Shown here: in pieces, positions 26,374-40,074 of the stretch | How positions within the stretch are numbered: position 1 is the first letter of the stretch | Layout of the letters: every line of letters begins with the position of its first letter | Assembly: GCA_951406725.2 (NCBI GenBank) | Contig: OX597825.1 | Location: 17,856,001-17,920,000 of the forward strand | DNA from: Octopus vulgaris | Taxonomy: Eukaryota | Direction of reading: 5' to 3' | DNA length: 64,000 nucleotides | Notes under the pieces: model-generated | What the model saw: only the letters and a program-made list of their open reading frames with translations | What the model was told of the DNA's origin: nothing | Databases searched by the model: none | Position numbers and translations under genes: made by a program

Positions 26374-26794
26374 ATTTCTTTACTACCTACAAGGGGGAAA
26401 ACATAGGGGGGGGGGGGGGCAAACAAGGACAGACAAAGGAATTAAGTCGATTACATCGACTCCAGCGCGAAACTGGTACTTTATTTATCGCCCCCGAAAG
26501 GATGAAAGGCAAAGTAAACCTCGGCGGAATTTGAACTCAGAATGTAACGACAGACGAAATACCTATTTCTTTACTACCCACAAGGGGGTAAACACAGAGG
26601 AGACAAACATGGACAGACAAAATGATTATGTCGATTACATCGACGGCAGTGCGAAACTGGTACTTTATTTATCGACCCCGGAAGGATGAAAGGCAAAGTA
26701 AACCTCGGCGGAATTTGAACTCAGAACGTAGGGGCAGACGAAATACCGCTAAGCATTTCGCCCGGCAGGCTAATATTTCTGCCAGCTCGCCGCC
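26374..26794 (-). mobile_element. SINE family A head-to-tail dimer (one head, two body+A1-tail units)
   Basis: Junction cagacgaaatac|ctatttctttactaccc at about 26562. Confidence 0.9.
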
Positions 26795-27451
26795 ACATTC
26801 ACAGTAATATGTCCACCGAATACTTCTACACAATCCTTCATATATTTCCAATAAAATTCACACTTTCTCAAATCCATTTATTTAACGTCTGTGGATTGCT
26901 CGTAGCAATATAACTAATGCAATGGATGTATGAAAAGGGAATAATTTAAATAATATTGAAGGTGTGTAATTTCAAATCCTAAAATTTTCTCATTAAGGAT
27001 AATGCACGCGTAGGCGTTATTAAATTAAAAGGGAAAAATCATTAGTAATTTCTTAATTAGGTTTCGTATATGAAGCATTAATCTCCTGGCAAGTCAAACC
27101 CTCTCTTTGCGCTTGAGTCTCTGATGAAAACTGCTAAACATCACATATGCCGCTAATGCCCTTAAAATACAGAGATTTTGTAGCGACCCAGAATAAAATA
27201 TTAATTTTAATTAATAAAATGGGCAGTAGAAAGGGGAAAAAAAAAAGACTTTTCTAAAATCACAGCCTGCTGCTACTGTGACTTTTGAGTCCTCAATCTT
27301 TGTAGATCAAACAGAGGAATGACGAAAATCACCCAAATCGTGTCCATCCTGTCATCCTTTCATGAACAATGTAAAATGGACATTTTTTCAATGTATTTTA
27401 TTTTATTTTTTTTTTCTAATAAGATAAGTAAGTATTACTGTTAACTTTTAT

Positions 27452-27687
27452 CTTTTATACTTGTTTCACCCATTAGATTGCGGCCATGCTGGGAACCAAC
27501 ATGAACAATCTGTATTAGTCGAAAGGATCAACTAAAGTACTTTTTTTTTTTTTTTTTGTTGTTAAGCCTTGTATTTATACTATCGGTCTCTTTCGCAAAA
27601 CTGCTAAGCGATGGTGACGTAAACACACCAATATCGCTTGTTAAGCAGTGGTGGTAGACAAAGCGACAATGACAAACACACAACACA

Positions 27688-27735
<48 letters not shown>

Positions 27736-27869
27736 CATATATTCGACGGGCTTCTTTCAGTTTCTGTTTACCAAATCCTCATCGATCTCTTTCCCAGAAC
27801 CTCTATGCGACAGTGACGTAAACACACCAATATCAGTTGTTAAGCGGTGGTGGTAGACAAAGCCACAAT

Positions 27870-27943
<74 letters not shown>

Positions 27944-28095
27944 TACATATATACGACGGGTGTCTTTCAGTTTCCGTTTACCTAACCCTCACACAAAACT
28001 TTCGTTGGCCCTAGCTATAGCAGAAGACACTGGCCCAAACCGTCACGACATGTAGTTGCGATGCAGGCTTCTTACCATACAGCCACGCTTGCGCC
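27452..28095 (-). mobile_element. SINE family C copy with an internal tandem duplication of about 200 bp
   Basis: gtgacgtaaacacaccaatatc...ttaagc.gtggtggtagacaaagc.acaatgac(CA)n(TA)n cgacggg...tttcagtttc.gtttacc occurs twice. Confidence 0.85.
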
Positions 28096-28360
28096 TTATA
28101 CAGCCACGACTCAGCTTAAATAATTTAGTCATATAACTATTTACTTTTCATGATAATAAACGTTCTAAGCACCGAATTGTTTACTCGCCCTTACAATTTT
28201 CATCTTCAGATCAAATAGTCTAAAGCCTTGCGTTCAAAATCAAATTGATTTAACAGCAATAATATATAGCATAGCGTATATAAAACATATGACAATCTAA
28301 ATATAGACAAACTTATCAAACTTTCTTCTCCTGATTGTATTGAGATTTTGTCGTTTCAAG

Positions 28361-28538
28361 ATTATTATCTCACATGTGTATGGTAAGTTAATTAACAATT
28401 TAATCAAATCGTCAGTGAAAGTAGTTTTCTGTCTCCCCGTAGAGAAAGGAAAATTTAAACGTGTGGACCGTTGCCAGTTGCCTTCTGAAATCTCCATCAC
28501 CAATGCCACTCAGGACTATATATATGATGTGGAAAGAG
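28361..28538 (+). CDS. Candidate pair of small exons (28361-28382 and 28443-28538): IIISHVY-EKGKFKRVDRCQLPSEISITNATQDYIYDVER
   Basis: G|GTAAGT donor at 28383 and TTTTCTGTCTCCCCGTAG acceptor ending at 28442 define a 60-nt frame-preserving intron. The downstream donor is unclear and no family is recognised. Confidence 0.25.
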
Positions 28539-28608
28539 GCAAAACAAATATTATTACACTCGTGTTTCTGTTCGCATTATCATTATTGTTATTATAATTA
28601 TAATTACA

Positions 28609-28643
<35 letters not shown>

Positions 28644-28701
28644 TACTACTCATATTATGATTGTTATTTCTACGTATATAATTATATATGTATATACATA
28701 T

Positions 28702-29088
28702 GGTGGAAGCATTCCGTCGGTTACGACGATGAGGGTTCCGGTTGATCCGAATCAACGGAACAGCCTGCTCGTGAAATTAACGTGTAAGTGGCTGAGCACT
28801 CCACAGGCACGTGTACGCTTAACGTAGTTCTCGGGGATATTCAGCGTGACACAGAGAGTGACAAGGCCGGCCCTTTGAAATACAGGTACAACAGAAACAG
28901 CAAGTAAGAGTGAGAGAAAGTTGTGGTGAATGATTACAGCAGGGATCACCGCCATCCCCTGCAGGAGCCTCGTGGAGCTTTAGGTGTTTTCGCTTAATAA
29001 ACACTCACAACGCCCGGTCTGGGAATCGAAACCACGATCCTATGACCGCGAATCCGCTGCCCTAACCACTGGGCCATTGCGCCTCCAC
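28702..29088 (-). mobile_element. Young full-length SINE family B copy with 12-bp TSD
   Basis: Reverse complement of 11175-11568 at high identity; TSD gtatatacatat at 28690-28701 and 29089-29100. Confidence 0.92.
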
Positions 29089-29356
29089 GTATATACATAT
29101 ACCTATATACTGTATGTGTGAACAGTAAGTGTATATAAATATATATACCTAATGCACACACGCATATGTAATGTAAGTGTAGCTATCTGAATAAATTTAT
29201 TTTTCTGTTCTGTTTTATGTGGGTGTATTTGTTCACGTATATAGTCTGAAATACATGCGAGAGAGTATAAGTTCATACAAAGCATATATTCTAGAATAGG
29301 CAGTTATAGATAATTCGTTTGCTCCGCAATTTTACCCAAGTCAGGATATTCTTATG

Positions 29357-29357
29357 A

Positions 29358-29388
<31 letters not shown>

Positions 29389-29494
29389 TGCCTTACACAC
29401 ACAGACATACACACACACAGAGTTGTGTGTATATGTGCGTATGTCAGTGTATGCGTTTGCAGGCATATATATCTATATCTATATCTATCTCTCA

Positions 29495-29579
<85 letters not shown>

Positions 29580-29661
29580 TATATATATACACATACACAT
29601 ATATATATATATATATATTTATATGCATATACATATATATACGTACATATAAATATATATG

Positions 29662-29695
<34 letters not shown>

Positions 29696-29950
29696 AACAC
29701 ATGTGTATGTATATATATATATATATATACATACACATACACATATATATATATATAAATATGTATATACATAAACACACACATGCATATATCTATATGC
29801 ACATACAAATTGTACCCCAGTGACACCAGATACACAGAGGAATAGATACGCGCATATATACTTATCCTTGTGCGTACGTGTTTGTATGTGTGCGTGTGTG
29901 TGTGTGTCTCTGTGTGTGGGTGTGCGTGTGTGTGCGTGTGTGTGTGTGTG
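29357..29950. repeat. Compound (TA)n/(TC)n/(CA)n/(TG)n microsatellite field
   Basis: Direct inspection. Confidence 0.9.
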
Positions 29951-30214
29951 TTCATGCGTAGCTGTTGAAGAGTATATGAAATGTGCCACACTACCGCATC
30001 TTTGCATAATAGGTAAAATGCACCGCTTCACAGCTAAACTATATAATAAACCAAACATACTTATATATAAAGTATTAAATTAGCCAGAAGGTTTTTGTTG
30101 AATAATATCCAACAATCATGAGGAAACATCTTCGATTTCCCAACAATGTATAATATAATATTAAACAACAAACGAAGTGAAACAAGAAGAGGAAGAAAAA
30201 AAGAAACAACATCA

Positions 30215-30520
30215 GGTTTAACCCTGACGTGATAATATCAAAGAAATACGTAGAGAAGTAGATTTGGCCAAAAGTAAATTAGAGAAAATGTAACTAAGTG
30301 CGTTTTAGCTCTGATGTGTAGAAATAATAATGGCACAGTGTTAAATAATTTGAGTGAGTATAAGAATACAAATACAGTAAGGTGGGTGAATTAAGTGGCG
30401 GAAAGGTAGATGCGAGCAAGTGAACTTGGAATAGAAGAGAAAGAAGTGTAAGGCTTTGTTAGCGAACGTCGTTATTGTATTGGAGAGGCTTGTTTGTACC
30501 TTTGCTATTTTTTTCCTTGC
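30215..30520 (-). mobile_element. Possible highly decayed LINE 3' remnant
   Basis: Minus-strand LHFFLFYSKFTCS loosely resembles the SLFYRY...CS C-terminal motif of the other LINE remnants. Confidence 0.25.
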
Positions 30521-30633
30521 TCTGTCCTTTACAGAAAAAAGCAAGACTGGTTGAATTCAAAATATCTATTAGTTTATCCATCTATCCATCTATGCAACGA
30601 ATACCCACTCTCTCTGATTCTGTGAGCGCGTAA

Positions 30634-30690
<57 letters not shown>

Positions 30691-30859
30691 CATATACATA
30701 CATACATACACACATATATGTATACATATATATGTATATATATGCATATATATATATGTATCTATATTTATATGTATGTATTTATATATATATATGTATA
30801 TATGCATACAGTTATTTATGTAGGGGATGTATATATACACATATATACATACATACATG

Positions 30860-30927
<68 letters not shown>

Positions 30928-31135
30928 CATACATACATAAATGTGTGTGCGTGTTTTGTTCCTTTATCAGAAATAATTCGTTCGTGTGTCTAAGCAAACA
31001 TTCGCGTTCACAACCTACAACTGACCCGAGAGAAAAGAAACAAAATATTCCAGTTTGAATAAAATTTATTCAGCTTCCATTCCACCAAAAATATTCATGA
31101 TCCTTTGTATTAATATATGACAGCATTCATATAAC

Positions 31136-31217
<82 letters not shown>

Positions 31218-31242
31218 ATATCTATCTATCTATCTATCTATA

Positions 31243-31275
<33 letters not shown>

Positions 31276-31310
31276 ATCTTTCTATCTATCTACTTATCTA
31301 TCTATCTTTA
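31136..31310. repeat. (TATC)n microsatellite
   Basis: Direct inspection. Confidence 0.95.
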
Positions 31311-31419
31311 TTTATTTTTATCTATCTCCATGTATGTTGCTTGACGAACTTTTGTGTGTGACCCTGGTATTTTTTCATTATTCCATAGCTAGGACCATAT
31401 GTAAAAACAAAATTGTTAA

Positions 31420-31709
31420 CATGCTGGAGGACCGCCTTTCAGTCGAGCAAATCGAACCTAGGAAGTATTCTTTGTAAGCTTAGTACTTATTCTATCGATC
31501 TCTCTTGGCGAAGTGCTAAGTGACGAGGACGTATACACACCAGCATCAGGTGTCAAGCGATGTCGGGGGGATAAACAGACACACAAACATATATATCAAA
31601 TCCACTCACACGGTTTTGCTCGGCTCAAGGCTATAGTAAAAGATGTGCCACGCAGTGGGACTAAACCCGGAACCATGTGGTTGGTGTACCTGCTACTTAC
31701 CCCACAATC

Positions 31710-31710
<1 letters not shown>
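31420..31710 (-). mobile_element. SINE family C copy with internal deletions
   Basis: catgctggaggaccgcctttcagtcgagcaaatcga...gtgccacgcagtgggactaaacccggaaccatgtggttgg. Confidence 0.85.
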
Positions 31711-31762
<52 letters not shown>

Positions 31763-31790
31763 CATATACATATATATATATAAATATTAC

Positions 31791-31821
<31 letters not shown>

Positions 31822-32229
31822 CATACATACACATACATACACATACATACACATACATACACACACATACATACACATACATACACACACACGCACTCAC
31901 AAAAGACACACACAAACACACACAAACACACACACTCGCACACACACGCACACGCATCCAAATACATTGTAGAAACATGGGATGGAAGTGGTTGAGATTT
32001 AAAGATACACAACATATTGTCTCAAAGAATCTGCATTAAATATCGGCAAGCCTGCTAGAAACTATAGTCTTGTTTTACGGTTCAATGATTCTTTCATTAT
32101 GCAAATATGTGTATATTATGCACAGGTTACAGAAAACATAAAACTCATCCGTTAGTGACTTTAAGAAGATCCATCTTTCAAAGAATTGGACAAATATTTT
32201 TGAATTCATTTGCTTGGTGAAAGGAGAGA

Positions 32230-33350
32230 TGCCGTTCACTTATAATTTGTCGTCCCTCCACTATCGGTTTTGCTGTTGTCATTAATGTACATATTTGTAA
32301 GTCAACGTCTTCCGAAGAGATACATGTATGGTGGAAATTCCAGAGAGCCTATATCCTTGAAAGTAAGACCTGGGGTCCTAATTAGCGCTGTTCAATGGCA
32401 TTATACGCAAAAATGGTGACGAGTGAAAGATTAGGTGTGAGATAAGAATCTCTAGCTGGATGAGACATGAGGCCTTCCATCTTCGAGTTGCAGAGTTCAT
32501 TAAAGCAGTGCTAAAAATGGTCGGAACAGGAAGAAGAAATACGAGTCTCCGGCTTGTGGATGAGGGTGTGTGAGTAGAAAAATTAATCGATCCGGCGATG
32601 TTTTACTGAGCTGAGTAGCGTTTGAGTTCCTGCTCTTCAAATAGACGACATTGAGTTACTCACATTTGCAGTATATTTTAGAAGTCTCTATTCACGTAAA
32701 AAAAGGTTTGAGGCTTGTTGTTTCGGTTGAGAGGGATTAATTCGTAGTTTGATAATGCTAAGGAGAAATTATAGGTTGTGCTGGATGTAGTGGTGTGTTA
32801 TTCATCGATGTGTTGAAAGGGATGGGTGAACTAAATCGAATCCTGTTACACACTTGAGTTTGACAGAATTGTTGTCTCAGAACTTCCTGTACACAGCATG
32901 AATTTCTGATAGTACATTTTCAAGTGCAAACAAGATTGAAAACTTGGACGATGTCCAGTTTGACAACATTGCTTCCGACAAATTCCTCTAAGGTAAGAGG
33001 ATATTGGCGCCAGTGAAATGAGTGTAGGTTACCAATGGATCAAGTGTGACGGAATTAGTATGGATGGTCAGTAAAGATAGTGAGAGATGGAAGACTTTTA
33101 CGATTTGTAGGACTTTGTTCTTTATGGCTGTCTACAGTAATTCACATACATTAGGAATGCAATAATGCGGTATTTGGCAAGGTCAGAGAGTTTGACTTGT
33201 TTTTCGGATGGGACACAATGTTGAGTATATCTAAATATCAGGATAGATATTTGCACATTGGGCGTAAATGAAGAACTTGATAAATATCAGGATTAGCTTT
33301 GGGGCAATATATGTGAAAGCCATGCAAAGAGCAGCTTCAAAAATAAGACT
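32230..33350 (-). mobile_element. Decayed LINE reverse-transcriptase remnant, apparently the same clade as 10225-10890
   Basis: Minus-strand TGANIL...EEFVGSNVVKLDIVQVFNLV (degenerate STGD...ALDISKAFDRV) and C-terminal LWN...EDVDLQ. Confidence 0.55.
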
Positions 33351-33966
33351 AGTGCTAAGACTAATTTGATGTAATTAAATGTGTTCCCGCATTTTATTTG
33401 TGCACGGGTGCAATGAAGAAGGCGTGACTAAATGAAGTAGTGACAGAATTAGGGGAGATTTACCGAGCATGCGTGATACAGAGTAGTATACAATGCAAAC
33501 AACAAATGCACGTGTTTTGTGCACCTTACCAACAATATCTGCACGACGAGTAACTGGGCATAGATTAGGGCCAATCAGAATAAATTTCCTTATTGATATA
33601 TATATATATATATATAAACACACAAGCACACATTTAACTCTCAGTGTAATATGATTTTAATGCATATGGGCAACTTCGTTAGAAGTATTAGCAAGCCATG
33701 CAATGAAATACTAGTATCATTTTATCATCTTAGTTTAATATGATAACACAACATATGTGTTAAGTGGTGCAGATGTTCCCCTCTTGTGTTCTTCGCTTTC
33801 TATAACTCACATTATTTTAACTGCTGAAGGGAGGCAAGAAAAACATATCTGATATCCTTTTGCTCGTAAACCCCTCAGGAGAGATATTTTCAATTCGTTT
33901 TACAAATGTAGCTCCGTAAAACAACCATCAATACATATGTATATACATACAAACATGTGTGTATAC

Positions 33967-34008
<42 letters not shown>

Positions 34009-34464
34009 CATGTGTGTGTGTCTATATGTATATATATATATGTATATATGTATACGTAATCTCACGATTTCTTTCTCACACACACACATATGGGGTTATG
34101 TAGAGAGAAAGGGGAAAGTAAAGTCAGAGAGAAGGAGAGAGGGAGAGAGGGAGTGAGGGAGAGAGGGAAAGAGGTGGGGAGCGAAATTATAATGGTAATT
34201 TAAATCAAATACAAGAATATAAATTGATTGATGTAGGCAATATGAATATAATATATCACAGAAATGTTTATGTTTACGATGTTGTGGAATATAGTTGTGT
34301 GTATATACATACATTAAAGTATACACGTCTCTTATCGAGATTTTAACTTCAAATATCTACTACCGAAAAGGAATAAATAGAGTTAAGCCTTAGATTAGTG
34401 GAGCGCATCGTTCGTTACGAGGCTGCGTGGGAACATATATCAAACCTTATAACTATGAATGTAT

Positions 34465-34522
<58 letters not shown>

Positions 34523-35881
34523 CATATATATACATATATATATACATATATATATTTATGTATGTATATATATATATATACATATATATATTTATATTAT
34601 ATATATACATACGTACATATGTATATGTATATATATATATAAATACATACATATATAAATATATATATCTATAAGTAGATACATATATATCCGTGTGTTA
34701 GTTTATATGTATATGTGTATATATGCATGTATACTATATACACACGCATACAGAGACACACACACACACACAAGCACACGCACACACAAACACACAAATA
34801 TTTACATACAGCAATTTACTATATTTGTAACTATGTAAGAGTTTATGTATATATATGGTATTTATATTAGATTTATGTTGACGTATATTTCATATTGAAA
34901 TTTTATACTCAACACAGAAGCACTTACACACAAACGCAAACATGTAGTAAAACAGCCATCCATATCGGAGTGTATATATGAAACATAACTATAGAGACAT
35001 CGAGAAACAGATTCACATAAATTGTGTAGATTTACATGAATACAAAGTTATATATCGACACATATAATGTGTGTTTGTATGTATATTTGTATGCATGTAT
35101 GTATTTATGTATGTGTGTGTGAGAGGTTTTGTATGTGCATATGTAGGCATGCGTGCTTGTGTGTATGTAAGAACATATGTAGCCGTGTATGTATGAGTGC
35201 TTGTCTATAAGTATGTTTGTATGTATATATCTATGTATGCATTATGCACGTCCGCATGTCTGAATGCATGTATGTATGCGTGTAAGTATGTATCCGTATA
35301 AGTATGTATGTGTGTGTAGGTATCTTTGCATGTATGTATGTACACACGAACGTATATATTCGTGTGTATTATATTATGTATGTATGTATGTATGTAGGTG
35401 TCTTTTAGTATGTATATGTTTAAGCATGCATGCACGCAGTTATGTATGCATGTATGTGTGTATGCTTGTATGTATGTATGTATGTATGTATGTATGTATG
35501 TATGTATGAATGTATTTATAGTGCTGTAACAAGCAGAATACAGTCATTTGAATAAATACACAACGAATGATCAAAAGAAGCGAAACAATTAATGTCATAA
35601 CATTTATTTCATACAGGGAAGTATTCAGTCAAACATGAAGAATATTTCTAAGGTGATCCGTGACTATTCATATAGAATGATCAATTAATATTAACAACAT
35701 TCGTTTTCTCCACGTGTATAAATACATACATACATACATACATACATACATACATACATACCTACATATGCATACAGTATGCTCACTTAATCACTCATAC
35801 ACACGCATACAACCAAGTTGTTTACTCTGTCTGTCTCACTTCCTGTATCTCTATGATTCTGTCTCCCACAAACGTGTGTGC

Positions 35882-36210
<329 letters not shown>

Positions 36211-36804
36211 ATAGGTGGATAGCAAGACGAATAGCTACTGACATGTATTTTGAAACTATGATATCGCAAGCCGTGGAAATGTAGTTAAACGTAACATATT
36301 TAAAAAATTGCTGAATGCAGCATTTTTTAAATATTATGAACTTATACGTATTAGAAGAAAGAAAACAAAATATATATTACAATGCATTTATTGGAAGACA
36401 AATGGAGAGCTGCACACAATTAATCGACTTGTAGAAACTACAGATAATTTCAATTATGTCTTTTACGGACAAAATAAAGCATGAATATTTATTGAGAAGA
36501 TCTAGGGGAATGAAAACGTCTGTGATTTTACTCGTGAAAGCGTTGGAACATATTTTACTTGGATCGGTTCTGACATCTTGAAAAATCATCGATATCTTAT
36601 TTTTGTGAGTTCATTGACATTTGGTCCCCTTTTACAGGAGTATTTTGGCGATCGTTTATAATAAAATTTCTTCCCTTGTCACTTTTACTTATATTTGCCA
36701 TATGTTGTTACTCGTTCTATTCCTGCATACTAAAAATGGAGGAAATTTTCGGTGACGTGAATGAAGGAAATCGTAAACAGTGAACTGGCTTTATTACAGT
36801 TATT

Positions 36805-37038
36805 TCTCTGCGGCCATGCTCTTGCACCACCTTGAAAGGTTTCACTCCAAGAAATTGAGCCCAGGACTTACCCTTTTTAAGCCTAGTTCTTATTCTATTA
36901 TTCGCTTTTGCTGAACTGCTAATTTACGACATGAACACACCAACATCGGTTGTCAATTGACGTTGGAGGGGACAATCACAGACGCAGATACACACACACA
37001 CACAAACAAGTATACATATATATATATATATATATGTT

Positions 37039-37076
<38 letters not shown>

Positions 37077-37200
37077 TATATGACGGGATTTTTTACAGTT
37101 TCCGTCAATTAAATTCACTCAGAAGGCTTTAATCGGCTCGAGGTTATGGTAGAAGACACTTGTCCCAAATACCACGGAGTGGGACTGAACCCGGAACCGT
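36805..37200 (-). mobile_element. SINE family C copy
   Basis: ctgcggccatgct...gcaccaccttga...aacacaccaacatcggttgtcaa...agaagacacttgtccc...gtgggactgaacccggaacc. Confidence 0.85.
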
Positions 37201-37889
37201 GCGCCTTTGTTTAAATTAGCCAAAATAATAGAAAGGAAATTATTAAGTATTCTGCAGAAGGATTATAGGCATCACAAGAAACCTGTTTTAGAAATAAACT
37301 TAAGGCAAGTTCGATGCAGCATCTATCATAATTTCCACTGCTTCAAACGTTCAAGAAATAACTGCTGGAATTTACGCCGAGACACTGATATTCATATATC
37401 ACGTACAACAAATTGATGTCAAACGTCAATTTTAGTAACTTTATTTTCCATGTTAAGCACTAAATAAATAAAAGGATTTTCTCCATATATTTCATATATT
37501 TCATATACACATATATATTGTTTGTTTCTTTTGTTCACTAGCTTAATAGCAATCTTTCAAGAAAACACATGACATCTAATTCACATTTTAAGTTTAAGTA
37601 ATCTCATGTAAGTACTTATGTATAAATGACAACATATGAATATATAGATATGTGTGTGGTGTATGTCCGTACGCGTGCATGTACATAGTTATTTGCAGGT
37701 TTCCAAAGTGTTTATATAAACCTATGTTGTTATAGAAAATGTATAAGTTCATTTACAATTTTCTATGCAGTCATACATATTTTAAAAACATATTTTTTTT
37801 AATGCTTTCACTTCATAAAATATTAAAACTTGAAACAATTATTATATCAACTATTATTGATGTTGCTGTTGTTGTCATTATTGTTATTC

Positions 37890-37940
37890 ATATTATTACT
37901 ATTATAATTCTTATTATTCTTATTATTATTCTTATTATTA

Positions 37941-38005
<65 letters not shown>

Positions 38006-38011
38006 ATTATT

Positions 38012-38106
<95 letters not shown>

Positions 38107-38120
38107 CATCATTATTATCT
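37890..38120. repeat. (ATT)n/(CAT)n microsatellite
   Basis: Direct inspection. Confidence 0.95.
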
Positions 38121-38547
38121 TCAAGTTCATAATCATCTTCATAATCACCATCGACATAATCATTTTATATTGTTAGCAATAATCTCATGTTGAATTGGAT
38201 TTTCGTGTGATGAAATTTTTCAATGCGTAAAAATTTTAAGGCTTTTTTTCTCTTTCTTCTCTTCACCAAACTATTCAAGACGAAACATTTTCGTAGGTTG
38301 AGATGAGTTAAATAATAAAAATACATATCAGCAAAATGAAAATTTCATTTTACTTCCGAATAAAACACGTAATCAGTCCCACATTTTCCCATATTTCAAG
38401 AGACAAATTGGAAGACTGAGGTTGAAGCCGTATTCATAAAATTAAAAGAGACTGAATTTTTCCAGGAAGGAATCTCTCAGTATGCTCAGACACACTGACA
38501 CACACACACACACACCACCCATATATAATAATGCAAACATACATTCC

Positions 38548-38593
<46 letters not shown>

Positions 38594-38799
38594 TATGTAT
38601 GTATGGATGTATATATAAACATATATATATATATATATAATATATATATATATATATACATAAATATATATGTATGGATGGATGTAGATATGTATATATA
38701 TATATATGTATGTATGCATGTATGTATGCATGTATATATGTATACATATTTAGTTATTTATCTATAGATAGATACTTAATGGTTAGAAAGATATATATG

Positions 38800-38854
<55 letters not shown>

Positions 38855-39360
38855 ATTTACATATGTGTGTGTGTCTTTGTATGTTACTTGAAGTATACGT
38901 GAGCGTTCATATGCTCATATGCTCATACACAAACATATGCATGCCCGAACATATACAACATGAAATTATGCTCTATTATATAGCTAGCAGAATTTTGAAG
39001 GATGAATTTGAAGAATGGATTGTTTCAGATTCATGTAAGTTTTCATTGAATAGACGATAATTGCCGATAGATGGCAGTTACTTAACTCTGGACTTCCATC
39101 ATTTGAAGGAAAAACGAATTTGCGAGGATATTGACGATAATATAAAATATTTAGTCCTATTCATGTGAGCGCACATATACAGATTCATTGATGCAAGCAA
39201 TGAGATATTCGCCATAGATATATGAAGACGCACATGAGACTGTGCAGACGGATATGTGTGAAGATATAACGTTTTTGTCTATATGCATATAGGTACGTCT
39301 GTGTATGCGTGTGCACATGTGTGTGTGTATGCATGTAGGTATGTATATACTCGTATATAG

Positions 39361-39521
39361 GTGCAGGCGTGTGTGTGTGGTAAGACGTTTTCGTCCCAAC
39401 TGCTTGGTTCCTGGTTCAATCTCACTGCGGGCCAACTTAGGTAAATGCCTTTTGCTATAGCCTTGGGTCGACTAAACCCTTGTGAGTAGATTTCATAGAC
39501 AGAAACTGAGAGAAGCCCGTT
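39361..39521 (+). mobile_element. 5' half of a SINE family C copy, ending at the internal microsatellite position
   Basis: gtgcaggcgtgtgtgtgtggtaag...ggttcctggttcaatctcactgcg...ttgtgagtagatttcatagacagaaactgagagaagcccgt. Confidence 0.8.
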
Positions 39522-39652
39522 GAACACACACACACACGCACACATACACTCACACACACACACATGTATGTATGTATGCATGTATGTATGTATAGCTGGA
39601 TACAGACAGGGAGAGAGACAGACATAAATGTATATAGAGATATATATTTATG

Positions 39653-39823
<171 letters not shown>

Positions 39824-40033
39824 GTATCTACAGAAGAAGATAAAATATGATAAAAGAATGTCTGGGAAATATTACAAGAAAAACGAAATATATACTTATC
39901 TTCATTTATGTCATGCAGTAATGCATATGTAACGTATGATAAAGTGGAAGCAATATCCTAATTATATAGGTAGTTACTTATATTTTATACAACGCAGACC
40001 AATACATATGTTCCCTTGAAATTGTTTAACACG

Positions 40034-40074
<41 letters not shown>

